This document shows, piece after piece, positions 50,067 through 62,930 of a stretch of DNA of 64,000 bases (positions are counted from its first letter, which is position 1; each line of letters starts with the position of its first letter). The notes beneath the pieces are model-generated. The model was not told the DNA's origin. It did not search any database and was given only the letters and a program-made list of their open reading frames with translations. The stretch spans positions 54,472,749-54,536,748 of the forward strand of contig NC_057718.1 of NCBI RefSeq assembly GCF_004010195.1, read 5' to 3'. Position numbers and translations under genes: made by a program. Source of the DNA: Chiloscyllium plagiosum. Its lineage: Eukaryota.

Positions 50067-51392
50067 TCCATAAATTTTAAGTGGAGAAGTTGCAAATCAA
50101 GTCTCAATGTGGCAGGATTATCGGATTATCCAGTAATTGTTACTTATACAGCTGCACCCCTTGCCTTTTTAGTTGCTGGAAACAAATGACATCCGAGGAT
50201 TGTATCACATGTGCAATAGATGAATCTTGGAATACAAAATTAGTCCAAGAGGTTTATGTTGTCTGTACTGCATATGATGAAGTATTCTTTACCGAACCAT
50301 TGTAAACTATTGGCCCATAGCACATCTGAATACACCCTGGAGAATACTTAACTAAAAAGCAAAAAACGCTGGAAATATTCAGTAGCATCTTTTGAAAGAG
50401 AAACAGAGTTAAGCTTTCAGATCAATGATGTAGCTCTGTTGGCTGGATGACTGGTTTATAATGCTGCCAACAACATGGGTCCAATTCCCACACTGGCTGA
50501 GGTCACCATAATGGTCCTGCCTTCTCAACCTCTCCCCTTGTCGGTGTCTTGGTGACCCACTGATTAAACTTACCACTGGTTGTCTTTCTGATGAGAGAAC
50601 AGTCCTATGGTCCTTTAGTACTATGTCAATTTTATTTTTACCTTCATAACACTGCTTTCATTTCTTTCAAATGTGAAGTTCTGGCAGTACTGCTGTTGAT
50701 ATTCACAGTTCCTTTTGATCAATGCTTTCTTTCCATGTGCCATCACAAGAATCTCTCTTTTTGACTTTGCAGTGTCATCCCCTTTTATTTAATCATTTTA
50801 GTCTTCTACATATAACAGATCATTAGTTCTGGTGTAAGGATATTAATGTGAAAAATTCTATTTTTCCAAGCATTTTTAAAAATGTTTTTCAGTTTTGAGT
50901 GTGAGCAGCATTATGTTCTTGTAATAGAAAGTATTTATATTGACTATCCTATGTAATTTATCTAAGTCCAACTAGAAAACATTTGAGTTGCACTCAAGCT
51001 TGTGTACCTGGTTTACTCTGCCTCATACTTCAGGATTTAAATACTAATTGATATGCTGATTTTTTTTCAAATACATACATTGATATTTGGAAAAGATGAG
51101 ATCTTAAACAATGTTCCAATAATTATTTTCAGACTGTAAAAGTTATCATTAGAAACATCTCCTCATGGTTTAAGTTATAGTAGAAGTATCTGAATTTTCA
51201 CTTGCACTGAAAACCATTTAAATTGGGATTCCATTAAGGTACCTTTGTAATTCACATTTGTCAAGCTGCTGTTGTCTAGCATGTGTGATCCTGTGTTTCA
51301 TGAATGTAACCTATTGTAATATTGGCATTATCAAACTTTATTTACCAGTTTTGAACAAACCTCAAAGAAACACTAAGCAATTTTTAGAAAAA

Positions 51393-51398
51393 AATAAA
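51393..51398 (+). terminator. Distal polyadenylation signal candidate for CHAC2
   Basis: AATAAA followed by a T/GT-rich tract (~51430-51452). Confidence 0.4.
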
Positions 51399-54300
51399 TC
51401 CAATATCATTAATAAGAATGTTGATTAAAATGTATTTGTTCTTTGCTGTTTACTATTGGATGCTGTCAAACTCTAAAAATTTTAAAACATCAATCTTAAT
51501 TTTTGATTTGAAATTCCTTACTAACCAGTTTAACTATACAACTGTTTTCACAGCTTCAAGTTGGATTAATTTCTAGAATCCATTCCTTTACAATTTTAAA
51601 AAGAGAATTTCTTAAGTGTCTTGCAGTGCAGAACTTTCATTGGTCAGTTCTTTGAAAAATGAACACCTAGTTTAGTCCCACCCCAGTTTTCTCTTTAGAA
51701 CTCTGAACGTTGGTTTTCTTAAAATGCATAAAGGCAAAATATTGCAGATACTGGAATTCTGTAACTAAGTGTTGAAGAAACCTAGGAAGTCTGGCAGCAT
51801 CTATACAGAAAGAGAAAGAATTCCAAGTGGGGTACAACTTCATACCAGATGTAAAATGTTAACTTTGTTTCTTTCTCTTCAAATGCATATCCAATTGCTT
51901 TTTGAAAGTTACAATGGAATCTGATTCTACCCAGCTTTCATGGGATCAGTTATAAGTACCTCTACAAAACAATTTCTCCCTTTTGTTCTTTTGCAAAATT
52001 TTTAATATCTATGATCTCAGGTTACCAACCCACTTGCAAGAAGAAACCCTTACTTCCTACTTGCTCCATCAAAATTCCTCCGATTTATCCATATCGGAGC
52101 TTAATGTTAACTAAAAATGAGCTGAGGAGACAGTGGCATAATGATTGTCAGTGGGCAATTAATCCATTGTCTAGACTAATGTTGTGGAGTATGGCTTCAA
52201 ATGCCACCATGGCAACTGATAGAATTTAAATTTAGTTCATGAAGTCTGAAATTATAAAGCTAATCTGGGTAATGATGACCATCAAATTATGACTGATGTA
52301 AAAACCCATTCAGTTCACTAATATTTTTTAGGACATATCCAATGATATTAGATATTATGGCCTGCCTGTGACTCCAGTTCCCTCAGCAATATAAATGTCT
52401 CTTAGCTGCCCTCTGAAATGACCCAGCAAGCCACTCAATTAAAGACTTTTAGGGATCAGTAATAGTAGCTGATCTTGTCAGTGATATCCACTTCCCATGA
52501 AAGAATGTTCCCATGAAATTACTTTTGAAACTAATTGTTCTAATGTATTACCTGTATTATAATGCAAATCTGTCAAGTATCTACTGTGGCTTTGCTTAAT
52601 TTTCTCAATCCCAGCATCTCCAATTTCTTGCATAACTCAAATGCCAGGTTCCTTGGTATAAATATTGTAAACATCACTGTCACGTCACTGTGACATTCTT
52701 CCTAAAGTGTGAACGTGGAATTCTACCCACTATTGCATCTGAGGCCAAATCAATTTTGTTCTGAACATTATTCTGTAGTTTTATATTACATTGATTAGCC
52801 TGCAGTAACAGTTGTATCCTTTTCTCTTGGTTACAGTTTTATCCTTACAATGTTTTTATACATAAAAGAAACATTGCAATCCTTTTGGGCCTTTGGCACT
52901 ACTCCCTTGTCCAACAGGTTTGAAAATCCTGCAGCTCCACTCTAACTTTTCTCAGCAGCCCAAGATTCATTCCTTTTTAATCAGGTCCATAGTAATTTTG
53001 TGATGCCAATTGTTTTGGTGCTGTACAATATCTCTGCTCCTTATCTCTCACCCTGCTAACTACTACAATATTAACTTCGTCCTTTGTGAAGACTCAGTGA
53101 AAGTATTCATTCACTGTACCTTCAAGATTTCCTTCCTTGTCTTTAATTGGACCCACCATTCCTTTAACACTTGTCAATTTGACACATTTTTGAGTGTTTT
53201 GGGTTCCTTTTCAATGTTTCTACCTCTGGGCAAAGAGGCAGTATGAGAAACTGTTATGATCTTAGTTAATGTTATCACTGGACAAGTCAGATCCCAGACT
53301 GAAATCTGGATGGAAAGATCCCATCTTGTTTCTCTTTTGTTTTAATGAGGCATGCTGTCATGAAAAAACAAAACCAAGTTTGCAATATTGTGTGCTTAAC
53401 AGAAGTGTAATGCACAAAGGAAATTAAGATAAAATACAACAAACCAAACTATTTACATATAATACAAGTTTAAAAATATTGAAACACATGATAGAAATCT
53501 AATGCCAAAGCATCTTTTTTTTTTACAGCTCTTTCACTGGGGAAAATTTCCTAATATTCCTACAGCACTTAGTTTAATTGCGACTTCAACTCCCATTCCT
53601 GCGAATCTGATATCCTCTTCCTGAGGCCTTCATACAGCTAAACTTGCACACTCTCAGCTTCAAGTAACTACTTCAAGGTTTCTTGTGATATTGATTAAGG
53701 GATTAATTTTGTCTTGGAACTCTGTGGAATTAATCTTCTTCATTAAGATTGGCATATCCCCTGTTCTTTTGCTTCCTCTCGCCTCACTACTGCTATTATT
53801 ATGACATTCCCACCCTGACAACACTATTTAAATCAACATTTAAAAAATTACATCAATATTGTAAAGGACCAATTTGCCCCAATACTTGTCTTCATGCTCT
53901 AGAAGTTTGAGACTCTCCCTCTGCACCACTTGTCCAGCACACTTCTTTACCTACACTTTTTCTTTGCTTCCAGTACCACATACTAATAACAATGCAAATA
54001 ATAAAATTTGCCAAAACGTTCTTAAATTGGTAAAGAAAATTAAAGTCTGGTCCTATTAGGACTTAAAAACATGAATTCCACTGCCTCATGTGATCATTGA
54101 TGTTGAGACTCCTAATGTATATACGAATCAGCTATACAGAAAATAAGAAAAACAGCAGCTGTGGATCATATAACCTCAAGCCTCCTCTTAACATTCAATA
54201 TAATCTTCTGCTTCAACTCTGCTTTCTTGCCCTCGCCCAATCTCCCTTGATTTCCCTGAGACCAAAGATCATTCAGTCTTCATGATACTCAACATTGAAG

Positions 54301-54916
54301 AACCCCATGATTGCCTAGGGTAGAGAATTTCAAAGAACCACGACCCTTTAAATGAAAAATGCTCTCTTTTCAAAAAAAATCCTAAATAATCAGTGCTGTT
54401 TCCAGAGACTACATCCCTGCCAGATGTTCCCACCCGTGAGAAATAACTGCTCGGTGCCCTTCCTGTCAGGTCCCTTCAGAACTTTGTGCTTAAATAAGAT
54501 GACTTTCTGGAGTTTTTTAAAAAATGAGAAGCAAAGACGTAATTTGCTCAGCCTTTCGTCACTGAACAGCTCTCTGATCACAGGACCAATCTGGAGAAGC
54601 TTCACTGTATAACCTCCAAGGCAAGTACATTTATTCTTCATACAGAAATGAAAACTGCACACAATAATTGAGAAATGCTGCATAAAAGTCCTATCTAACT
54701 ATAGGATTCTGTACCTTTATTATGTTTTAAAAGAAATCGTCAATGCTATAGAATATTTATAATTATTAAACTTTCACAAAGATTCTTCGCCCAATCTTCC
54801 ATGCCACTGTTCAAAATTCAAACTCTAAGATTAATCACATTAAAATAGATTATAAATCACACCTGCCAAAATACTGAAATATGGAAGTAAATCACTCACC
54901 ACTGATACAAGAATTT

Positions 54917-55200
54917 AGATTAGATTACTTAGTGTGGAAACAGGCCCTTTGGCCCAACAAGTCCATGCCAACCCGCCGAAGCGCAACCCACCCATACATT
55001 TACCCGTTCACCTAACACTACGGGCAATTTAGCATAGCCAATTCACCTGACCTGCACATCTTTGGACTGTAGAAGGAGACCAGAGCACCCGGAGGAAACA
55101 CACACACAGATACGGGGAGAATGTGCAAACTCCACACAGTCAGTTGCCTGAGGTGGGAATTGAACCTGGGTCTCTGGCACTGTGAGGCAGCAGTGCCACC
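54917..55200 (-). mobile_element. HE1-type (V-SINE) tRNA-derived SINE
   Basis: Minus strand B-box GGTTCAATTCC, core GTGTGGAGTTTGCACATTCTCCCCGT, LINE-like tail and (ATCTA)n end. Confidence 0.85.
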
Positions 55201-55204
55201 CACT

Positions 55205-56135
55205 TTATCTCCCTCATCTAGGAGGAGAGCTGATCTCCAATATGTTGTAATTGTGACTGTCTTCAAAAAAGGAATAAACACAAATTGCAGGAACTACAAA
55301 GGGATATTTCCCTGAGGTTTGTGATAGGGAAGGTCATTGCAAACATTCTCCTCAACAACTTCCTTCCAGTAGCTGAAGAACTCCTTCTTGACTCATGGGT
55401 TCCGTCCACCAAGAAGCACAATGGACATGATCTACACGATAGGACAAATTCAAGAAAAATGCAGAGCAGCAACAGCCTCCATATATAGAATCCCTATAGT
55501 GTTCAAGTAGGCCATTTGGCCCATCAGAATTTTCAGCAGAAGAAATGACCGGGGTTTTGAGATGGACAGTGCAAGATGAATAAGGTAGAAAGTCATTAGA
55601 CAGATGAAGAAGGAGACTACAATGGTTGATTTCAGACAGGAGACGTGAAGATATTTGTTTAAGTGGATGACCTAGGAGACATAAAGGTGGACTATCAGAT
55701 GAGACATTGCAGTTAACTTTTGAGTGAACAAAGTAACTGAATTGCCAATTGGGAAGGAAGAATTTTGCTGGACCCCATGGCTGAGATTAATATCATTTAT
55801 GCTGAAGGGACTATCTGAGAAATCAGAGATATATATATGATCACCTTCAATCTCACAAACACTTCCAACTCTGTCAACCAAAAGGGACTATGGGACATTC
55901 TCTTCAAATTTGACTGCTCATAGAAATTTTGTCATCAAATTCCACCTGCTGCATGACAAAATGCAAGCTGTGATCCTCAACAATAGATTTACCACTTACC
56001 CAGTTATAAATAACCTGGAATCAATCAAGAATGTCATTGCTCTCCTTTAACTTCCATGCTGCGACACCCCACCCCAAAAGCCATCATGTTTCCCCTGGAG
56101 TGGAGCTAATTTGCAGATCATGCAGGAAATTGTTA
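55205..56135 (+). mobile_element. RTE-clade LINE RT fragments (interrupted ~55490-55870)
   Basis: VIVTVFKKG..TNCRNYKGI, GKVIANILLNNFLPVAEELL. Confidence 0.65.
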
Positions 56136-56159
56136 GACCTACATTTCCTCTTTTGGTTC

Positions 56160-58793
56160 TGTGCCATCACGCAGAAGTGAAGAACTGCACTCGATGAAGT
56201 GTACAATGCTACTAACAGTCTTGCAATGGAATACCCCAAAGCCTTGTTCGTTGTAGCCGATGACTCCAACTAGGCCAACCACAAGAATGTGCTACTAAAA
56301 TTCCACCACCACATCTCGTGTCTCACCAGTGGTCCTTACATTCTTGACCATTGTTGCACAGTCATAAAAAAGTGCCTACTACTCCATCCCCCATCCACAC
56401 TTTGGAAAATCAGATCACAATGCTGTGTTCCTCCTTCCAGCTTACAAGCAGAAATTGAAACATGAGGATCCAGTACAGAAAGTAGTGCAATGTTGGTCTG
56501 AGGGCTTCTACGGGACTGCATAGTCAGTGGACTGGTCCATATTCAAGAACTCAGTGGCCAACCTAAACAAGTATGCCATTACAGACTTCAATAGTAAGTA
56601 TACAGATGACTGCATGCTGAAGAAGTCAATCCAAACATTCCCCAAACAGATATCATGGCTGAAGGGTGACGTTATAGGGGTTTACAAAATTATGAGGGTA
56701 ATGGAAAGGATAAATAGATAAAGTCTTTTCCCTGGGGTTGGGGAGTCCAGAACTAGAGGGCATAGGTTTAGGATGAGAGGGGAAATATATAAAAGAGACC
56801 TAAGGGGCAACGTTTTCACACAGAGGGTGGTTTGTGTATGGAATGAGCTGCCAAAGAAAGTGGTGGAGGCTAGTACAATGCAGCATTTAAAAGGCATTTG
56901 GATGGGTGTATGAATAGGAAGGGTTTGGAGGGATAGGTGGGACTAGATTGGGTTGGGATATCTGGTTGGCATAGACAGGTTGGACCAAAGAGTCTGTTTC
57001 CGTGCTGTACATCTCTATGGACTCTAATCAGGGATCCATTCCCTACTGAAGTCCAGTTTTTTGGCATTCAAGTCAGGCAACCCTGACCTATACAGGAAAT
57101 CTAGGTACAACTTTCACAAGACTATCAGGGATGCCAAGAGGCAATACCAAACTAAGCTTGAGACCCAAACCAACCTCACAGACACCCATCACTTGTCTCA
57201 AGGCTTGCACAATATAATGGGCTACAAAGCGAAGTCGAACAGAATTGTAGGCAACAGTCCATCCCTACCTGATGAGCTCAATGAATTCTACACTCACTTT
57301 GAACTGAAGGACAGTGTCCCATTAGCCTCGGGCACCTATACACTCGGTCACTGCTGCAGATGTTAGATCGGCCTTAAGGGTGAACCTGTGGAAAGTGACT
57401 AGAGTCCTTAGTCATGCACTCAGACTCCGTGCAGACCAGCTGGTGGGAGTATTTGCAGATGTCTTCAGTTTCTCCTTACTATGATCTGAAGTCCCCACTT
57501 GCTCCACCATCAATTGAGTGCCAATGACTACTGCCCAGTGAATCTGACATCCATGAGTATGAAGTACTTCGAGAAGTTGATCATGACTCACATCAACTCC
57601 AGTCTCCCAGGTTGCCTTGATCTCCTGCAATTCGCCTCCTGGTGCAACAGGTGCATGGTAGGGAGTCACCATCTCCCTGGCCCGACAATCATCCCTGGAA
57701 CATCTGGACAACAAGGATACCCAAGTCAGGCTCCTACTTATTGAACGCAGCTCCACCTTCAACACCATAATTCGAAACAAACTCATCTCCAAACTCCGGG
57801 ATCTAGGTCTCTGTTCCCCCTCTCTGTAACTGGATTCTTGACTTCCTGATCAACAGACTGCAGTCAATAAGGATACGTGACAACACCATCTCCATGATCG
57901 TCCTCAACTACAGTGCCCGTGAGGCTGTGTACTCAGTCCCCTACCATACTCCTTATACAAGCACAACTGTCTGGCCAAATTCTGCACCAACTCCATTCAC
58001 AAGGTCACTGTTGTAGGTCAGATATGAAACAATGAGAGGGAGTAAGGAACGTGATAGAGTGCTTAATGGCATGGCATAAAGGTAAGATCTCTCCATCAAC
58101 ATCAGCAAAACAAAGAAGCTGGTCATTTACTTCAGGAAGCAGAGTGGAGGGTACCCTGTCTGCATCAATCACACTGAGATGAAGATGATCGAGAGCATCA
58201 AGTTCCTGGGAATGACAATCACCAACATTAAGTCCTGATCCACCCACGTTGACACTACGTTCAAGAAAGCCTCTACTTCCTCAGGAGGCTAAAGAAATTC
58301 GACATGTCCATAAAGACTCTTACAAATTTATATAGATGCATCACAGCGTGATATGCTCTTACCAAGGCTAAAGGAAACTACAGAGAGTTGTAAACACAAC
58401 TCAGTCCGTTATGCAAACCAGCCCCCCCACCAATTTACTTCACCTATATTTCCTGCTGCCTCAGAAAAGCAACCAACACAATCAAAGACCTCTCCCACCA
58501 TCCCGGCTATACTACTTTCACCCTCTTCTATAGAGCAGAAGATACAACCTTTTGTATCCACATACAAACATATTCAAGAACAGCTTTTTCCCTGCTGGTA
58601 TATCAGACTTTTGAATGCACCTCTTTAATATTAATGTTGATCTCTCTCTGCACCTTCTCACCAGCTGTTACATTGTATCCTACATTCTGGTCTGTTACAC
58701 TGATGCTCTTGTATAGTACGATCGGCCTGTAAAGCAAATGAGACATTTTTCACTGTACCTCGGTGCATATGACAATAATAAATCAAATCAAAT
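56160..58793 (+). mobile_element. Rex1/Babar-like LINE, degenerate, interrupted by CR1
   Basis: DWSIFK, AFKSGNPDLYRKSRY..IRDAKRQY, NDYCPVNLTSMSMKYFEKLIMTHI..LDLLQFA; (AAATC)n tail at ~58780-58793. Confidence 0.75.
56656..57027 (+). mobile_element. CR1 3' fragment nested in the Rex1-like LINE
   Basis: LKGDVIGVYKIMR.. through CTGTACATCTCTATGGACTCTA tail. Confidence 0.88.
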
Positions 58794-59429
58794 ATGCACT
58801 TCTCATCCTCAAATTGTAAAGATTTTGGTTACCATATTCAATGATGAGTTTTAATCATTATTTTAATTTGCAATATCATGTAGAATAGATACTCAGTAAA
58901 CAACACAGATGCACTTCTTTTTCATTCATTCACAGAATGTGGGTGCCATTGGCCTATGCCAATTGTCTTTGAAGAGGTGATGGTGAGCTGCCTTGTAGAA
59001 CACCTGCAGTCCATGGCAGTGTTGGTACAATCAGAATGGTCTTCAGAGGGAGTTCAGGATTTTGACTCAGCAACAGTGAAGGAACAGTGATGTAGTTTCA
59101 AGTCAGGTGGTTTATGGCTTTATGGGGAACTTGTAGGGAATGATTGCCACATATTTTCTGATCTTGTCTTTCTGAGTGTCCCAGGTCACCAGTTTGGAAG
59201 GTCGGCATGGACGGGTTGGACCGAAGGTTCTGTTTCCATGCTGTACATCTCTATGACTATAAGTGTAGGTTAGTATCATACATAAAAATTTGCAGTCAGT
59301 ACCACCGCACAGTTCAACTGTGCACACAGACAAGAATAGAGACCAAACCATTCTTTGATAATAACAAAGATACTTAACTGACTGCAATTAAGCTTGCACT
59401 TTCAGCAGCATTCAGGCAATTTATATTTA

Positions 59430-61295
59430 CTCCAAGGAGGCTGAGAAATAAATAGGAGGGAGGTGTGGCTGGGGGTTGGTAGTGAGGAAAATGATAGTAG
59501 ATTGAGGTAGGGGGTGATGGAAAAGCACAACCGGTAGGGGGAGAGGAAATGAGGAAACTAGTGAAATCAACATTGATCCCGTGTTTTTGGAGGGTCCCAA
59601 GGCAAAAGATGATCTGTTCTTCTTGCAGGCATCAGGTGGCTAGGCTTTCGTGGTGGAGGAGGCCAAGGACTTGCATGTCCTTGGCAGAGTATGAGGGGGT
59701 GTGAATTGGCCAGCAACTGGGCAGTGGGGTTGTTTAATGCGTGTGTCCCAGAGATGATCTCTGAAATGTTACGCAAGTTGGCGGTCCTGTCTCCCCAATG
59801 TAGAGGAGACCACATTGAAAGAAATGGACAGAGCAGATGAGGTGTTTGGATGTGTTGGAAAATCTCTGCCTTTGGGGCCTTGGATGGAGGTGAGGGGGGG
59901 GGGGGGGGGGGGGGGGGGAAGAGATGTGGGTGCACGTTTTACACCTCTTGTGGTGGCAAGGGAAGGGGCTAGGAGAGGAGGGTTGGACCTAATGAGGGAG
60001 TCTCTGCGGAATGCTGAAAGGGGTGGGAAGGGAAATATATCTCTGGTGGTGGGGTCTGACTGTAGGTGGTGGAAATGATGGAGGATGATGCATTGTATCT
60101 GGAGATTAGTGGGATGGAAGGTGAGGACTGGGGGTTCTATCCTTGTTGTGGTTGGAGGAATGGGGTTCAAGGATAGCAGTGCAGGAAGTGGAGGAGATGC
60201 ACTGGAGGGCATTGCTGACGAGGTGTGGGGAAATTGCAGTCCTTGGAGTAGGAGGCCATACTTCAAGGACCACAATTTGTCCTCCTACATGGTCAACAAT
60301 GCCATCCAGAGCATCTCCTCCACTTCCCGCACCTCCACCCTTGAATCTCATCCCTCCAACCACAACAAAGATAGAGCCCCCCAGTCCTCACCTTCCACCC
60401 CATCAATCTCAAGATACAATACATCATCCTCCACCATTTCCACTACCTACAGTCAGATCCCACCACCAGAGATATATTTGTCTCCCCATCCCTTTCAGCA
60501 TTCTGCAGAGTCTATTCCCTCCGTGACTCCCTCATTAGGTCCACACTCGCCCCCCCACCCCACCAACCCACCCTCGAATCCTGGCACCTTCCCTTGCCAC
60601 TGCAAGAGGTGTAAAACCTGCACCCACACCTCACCAACCACTTCCCTCCACCTCCACCTCCACCCCGACCCCATCCAAGGCTCCAAAGGATACTTTTACA
60701 ACCAGCAGAGATTTTCTTACATATCCAAACACCTTATCTACTGTGTCTGTTGCTCTTGATGTGGTCTCTTCTACACTGGGGAGACAGGACGCCAACTTAC
60801 AAAATGTTTCAGAGAATATCTCTGAGGCACACGCACTAAACAACCCCCCACCCTGTGGCCAATCACATCAACTCCCCCTCCCATTCCGCTAAGAACATGC
60901 AACTACTGGGCCACCTCCACTGTCAAAGTCTAGCCACCCAATACCTGGAGAAAGAACACCTCATCTTCTGCCTTGGGACCCTCCAACCACATGAAATCAA
61001 TGCCAATTTCACCAGTTTCCTTGTCTCCTCTCCACCCAGCTTATCCCAGATCCAATCCTCCCACTCAGCACCGCCCTCTTGAACTGTCCTACCTGTTCCA
61101 CCTATCCACTCAATCCTCTGCTCTGACCTATCACCATCACCCTACCTTCATGTACCTATCGCCTTCCATGCATCTTCCTTCTGCCCTCTCTCACCAACAC
61201 CCCCCCCCCCCCCCCCCAGCTCCTGATGATGGGCTTATGCCTGAAATGTTGACTCTCCTGCCCCTTAGATGCTGCATGACCTGCTGTGCTTTTCG
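59430..61295. mobile_element. Neptune-type Penelope-like element 3' region as a head-to-head inverted duplication
   Basis: Plus arm from ~60260 reads PGTFPCHCKRCKTC...HLIYCVCCS*CGLFYTGETGRQL (Cys-rich linker + GIY-YIG) and ends in a pLTR with a hammerhead; 59430-60260 is a diverged reverse complement. Confidence 0.85.
61220..61253 (+). ncRNA. Hammerhead motif at the 3' end of the Neptune arm
   Basis: CTGATGA-T-GGGC-TTAT-GCCT-GAAA-TG-TT-GA; a CpG-decayed version of the 29809 motif. Confidence 0.7.
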
Positions 61296-61640
61296 ACCCT
61301 GGCAACATGATGGCAGTGGTACTAAGGATGTGTGCTCTGGAACTAGCCACACACCAGAGCAAGCTGTTCCAGTACAGCTACAAAACAGCTGTCTCCCTGA
61401 CAATGAAAAACATTGCCCAGGTAAATCCTAATCATAAAAAATTAATTCTGGACCATTCCTGTCCTACCAACAGATTGGTGAATGGCAGTGTTGATAATAG
61501 TTATCAAATGATACTTAAACAGCAATAACCTTTCAAATTCTGCCAGGGCATTTTTGCCAGTGGCTACATTACACCCTGGGATCAAGTGTAAACGGAAGAG
61601 CTGAAGTCTACAGGTAAGGTCCCTGTGTAACCACATTTAG

Positions 61641-61762
61641 GAGGGCTTTTGCCCGAAACGTCGATTTTCCTGCTCCTCGGATGCTGCCTGACCTGCTGTG
61701 CTGTTCCAGCACCACTCTAATCTAGAATGTGGTTTCCAGCATCTGCAGTCCTTGTTTTTACC
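61641..61762 (+). mobile_element. Short family A pLTR element, 5'-truncated within the hammerhead
   Basis: AGGGCTTTTGCCCGAAACGTCGATTTTCCTGCTCCTCGGATGCTGCC..., highly similar to 29816-29933. Confidence 0.8.
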
Positions 61763-61899
61763 TTTACTAACTGAAAGGTCTATCATTGATAGATTTAAAT
61801 GAGATAGGGGATAGATGGACATATTGGTAGAGATAGCAGTGTAAGGAAATTACCATTAACATCAGTGGTTCAAGATTCTGGTCCTGTACTGCTCCAGTG

Positions 61900-62230
61900 G
61901 ACAATGTCCTGACCCAGGAAGTAGTCCTGCAGCAACCTACCGGAAGTAGACGTGGCAGATGGAGCGGTTACCCAATGTGAACCTGGTTCGGTGTAGCCGG
62001 CTCCCGGAGGCCGGGCTTCAGTCCCTGTCGGCTGCTGCCTCCGTGTGAATGCCGGAGAGACGGCCGGTTTTTACCGTCAGGATGTTGTGTAAAGGGCTGC
62101 CGGCCGGGCCCGCCTTGCTGCTGGTATCTGCTGTGGTGAAGATTAGTTGGAGTAGGACAGCTCCTGTGTTAAGTGATGATGTCCCGTTCAGGATAACATG
62201 GCCCGGGGCCGAGTTCACGCTGGTCAGTAC
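61900..62230. promoter_or_regulatory. CpG-rich ERLEC1 promoter / first exon
   Basis: ETS/GABP site CCGGAAGT 61940-61947; CAGGAAGTAGTCC at ~61915; local CpG enrichment. Confidence 0.7.
62049..62222 (+). CDS. ERLEC1: ERLEC1 (ER lectin 1 / XTP3-B) coding exon 1; start at 62049 or 62082; gene continues off-window
   Basis: Signal-peptide-like GPALLLVSAVV then PVLSDDVPFRITWPGAEFTL, matching ERLEC1 [29 protein letters not shown] donor; known synteny with ASB3 and CHAC2. Confidence 0.9.
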
Positions 62231-62930
62231 ATCAGGCAGACCACTCGGGTTGTCTTTGTCAACCGTCCAGCATCAACCATCCTGGGATTTCTGGGGGTTA
62301 ATGATAACTCTCCACCAACAAACTGCGGGGGGGACCCCCACGGGCATTCTTTTATTTTGAATAGTCGAACACTTAATAATGTTTTTTTCCCCAAAATATT
62401 GCGCGGAGAGTGAATATACTGTCTTTGACAGTCAAGAGTTACCCAATTGGATAGCAAAATATCTGTTTTGTGTGGGAAGACAGGGTGTTTCAAGATAGGT
62501 GTGTCTACTGACCATTGGTGTGGTCGTAGGATTTGGGAAGTGCTATGCTGAAATTTCTTGCTGTACATCCAGCCAGATTTGACAACTCTCGTTGTTCCGC
62601 CCTAATCATGAGAGGTAGCACTGGTGATCGGGATTTAGTGATAAAATGGGTACAGTGTGTAAATGAGCAGTACAGTACATAGACATTGGAGGAAGTATTA
62701 CAGTTAAAGGTTGTATCTACAACAAAGTATTGTATCTGCTAGTAGTGACGTTAACTAATGCTTCCCTGTTTGTTGCCAGGCTAATTGTTATGGACTAGCA
62801 GAAGTGAATGGTTGGCATTTTGTAATTAGCTACAAATTGACACTTTTTAAAGATTTTCTTTAATCTGTTAGATTATTACATTAATTGTTTACCCTTCTTC
62901 CACTTCTTTCTGTGGCTTCTCTCACAATCT

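Noticed and set aside
60085-60759. 224-aa ORF, the longest in the window
   Set aside because: Chimeric read-through across the inversion junction of the PLE palindrome.
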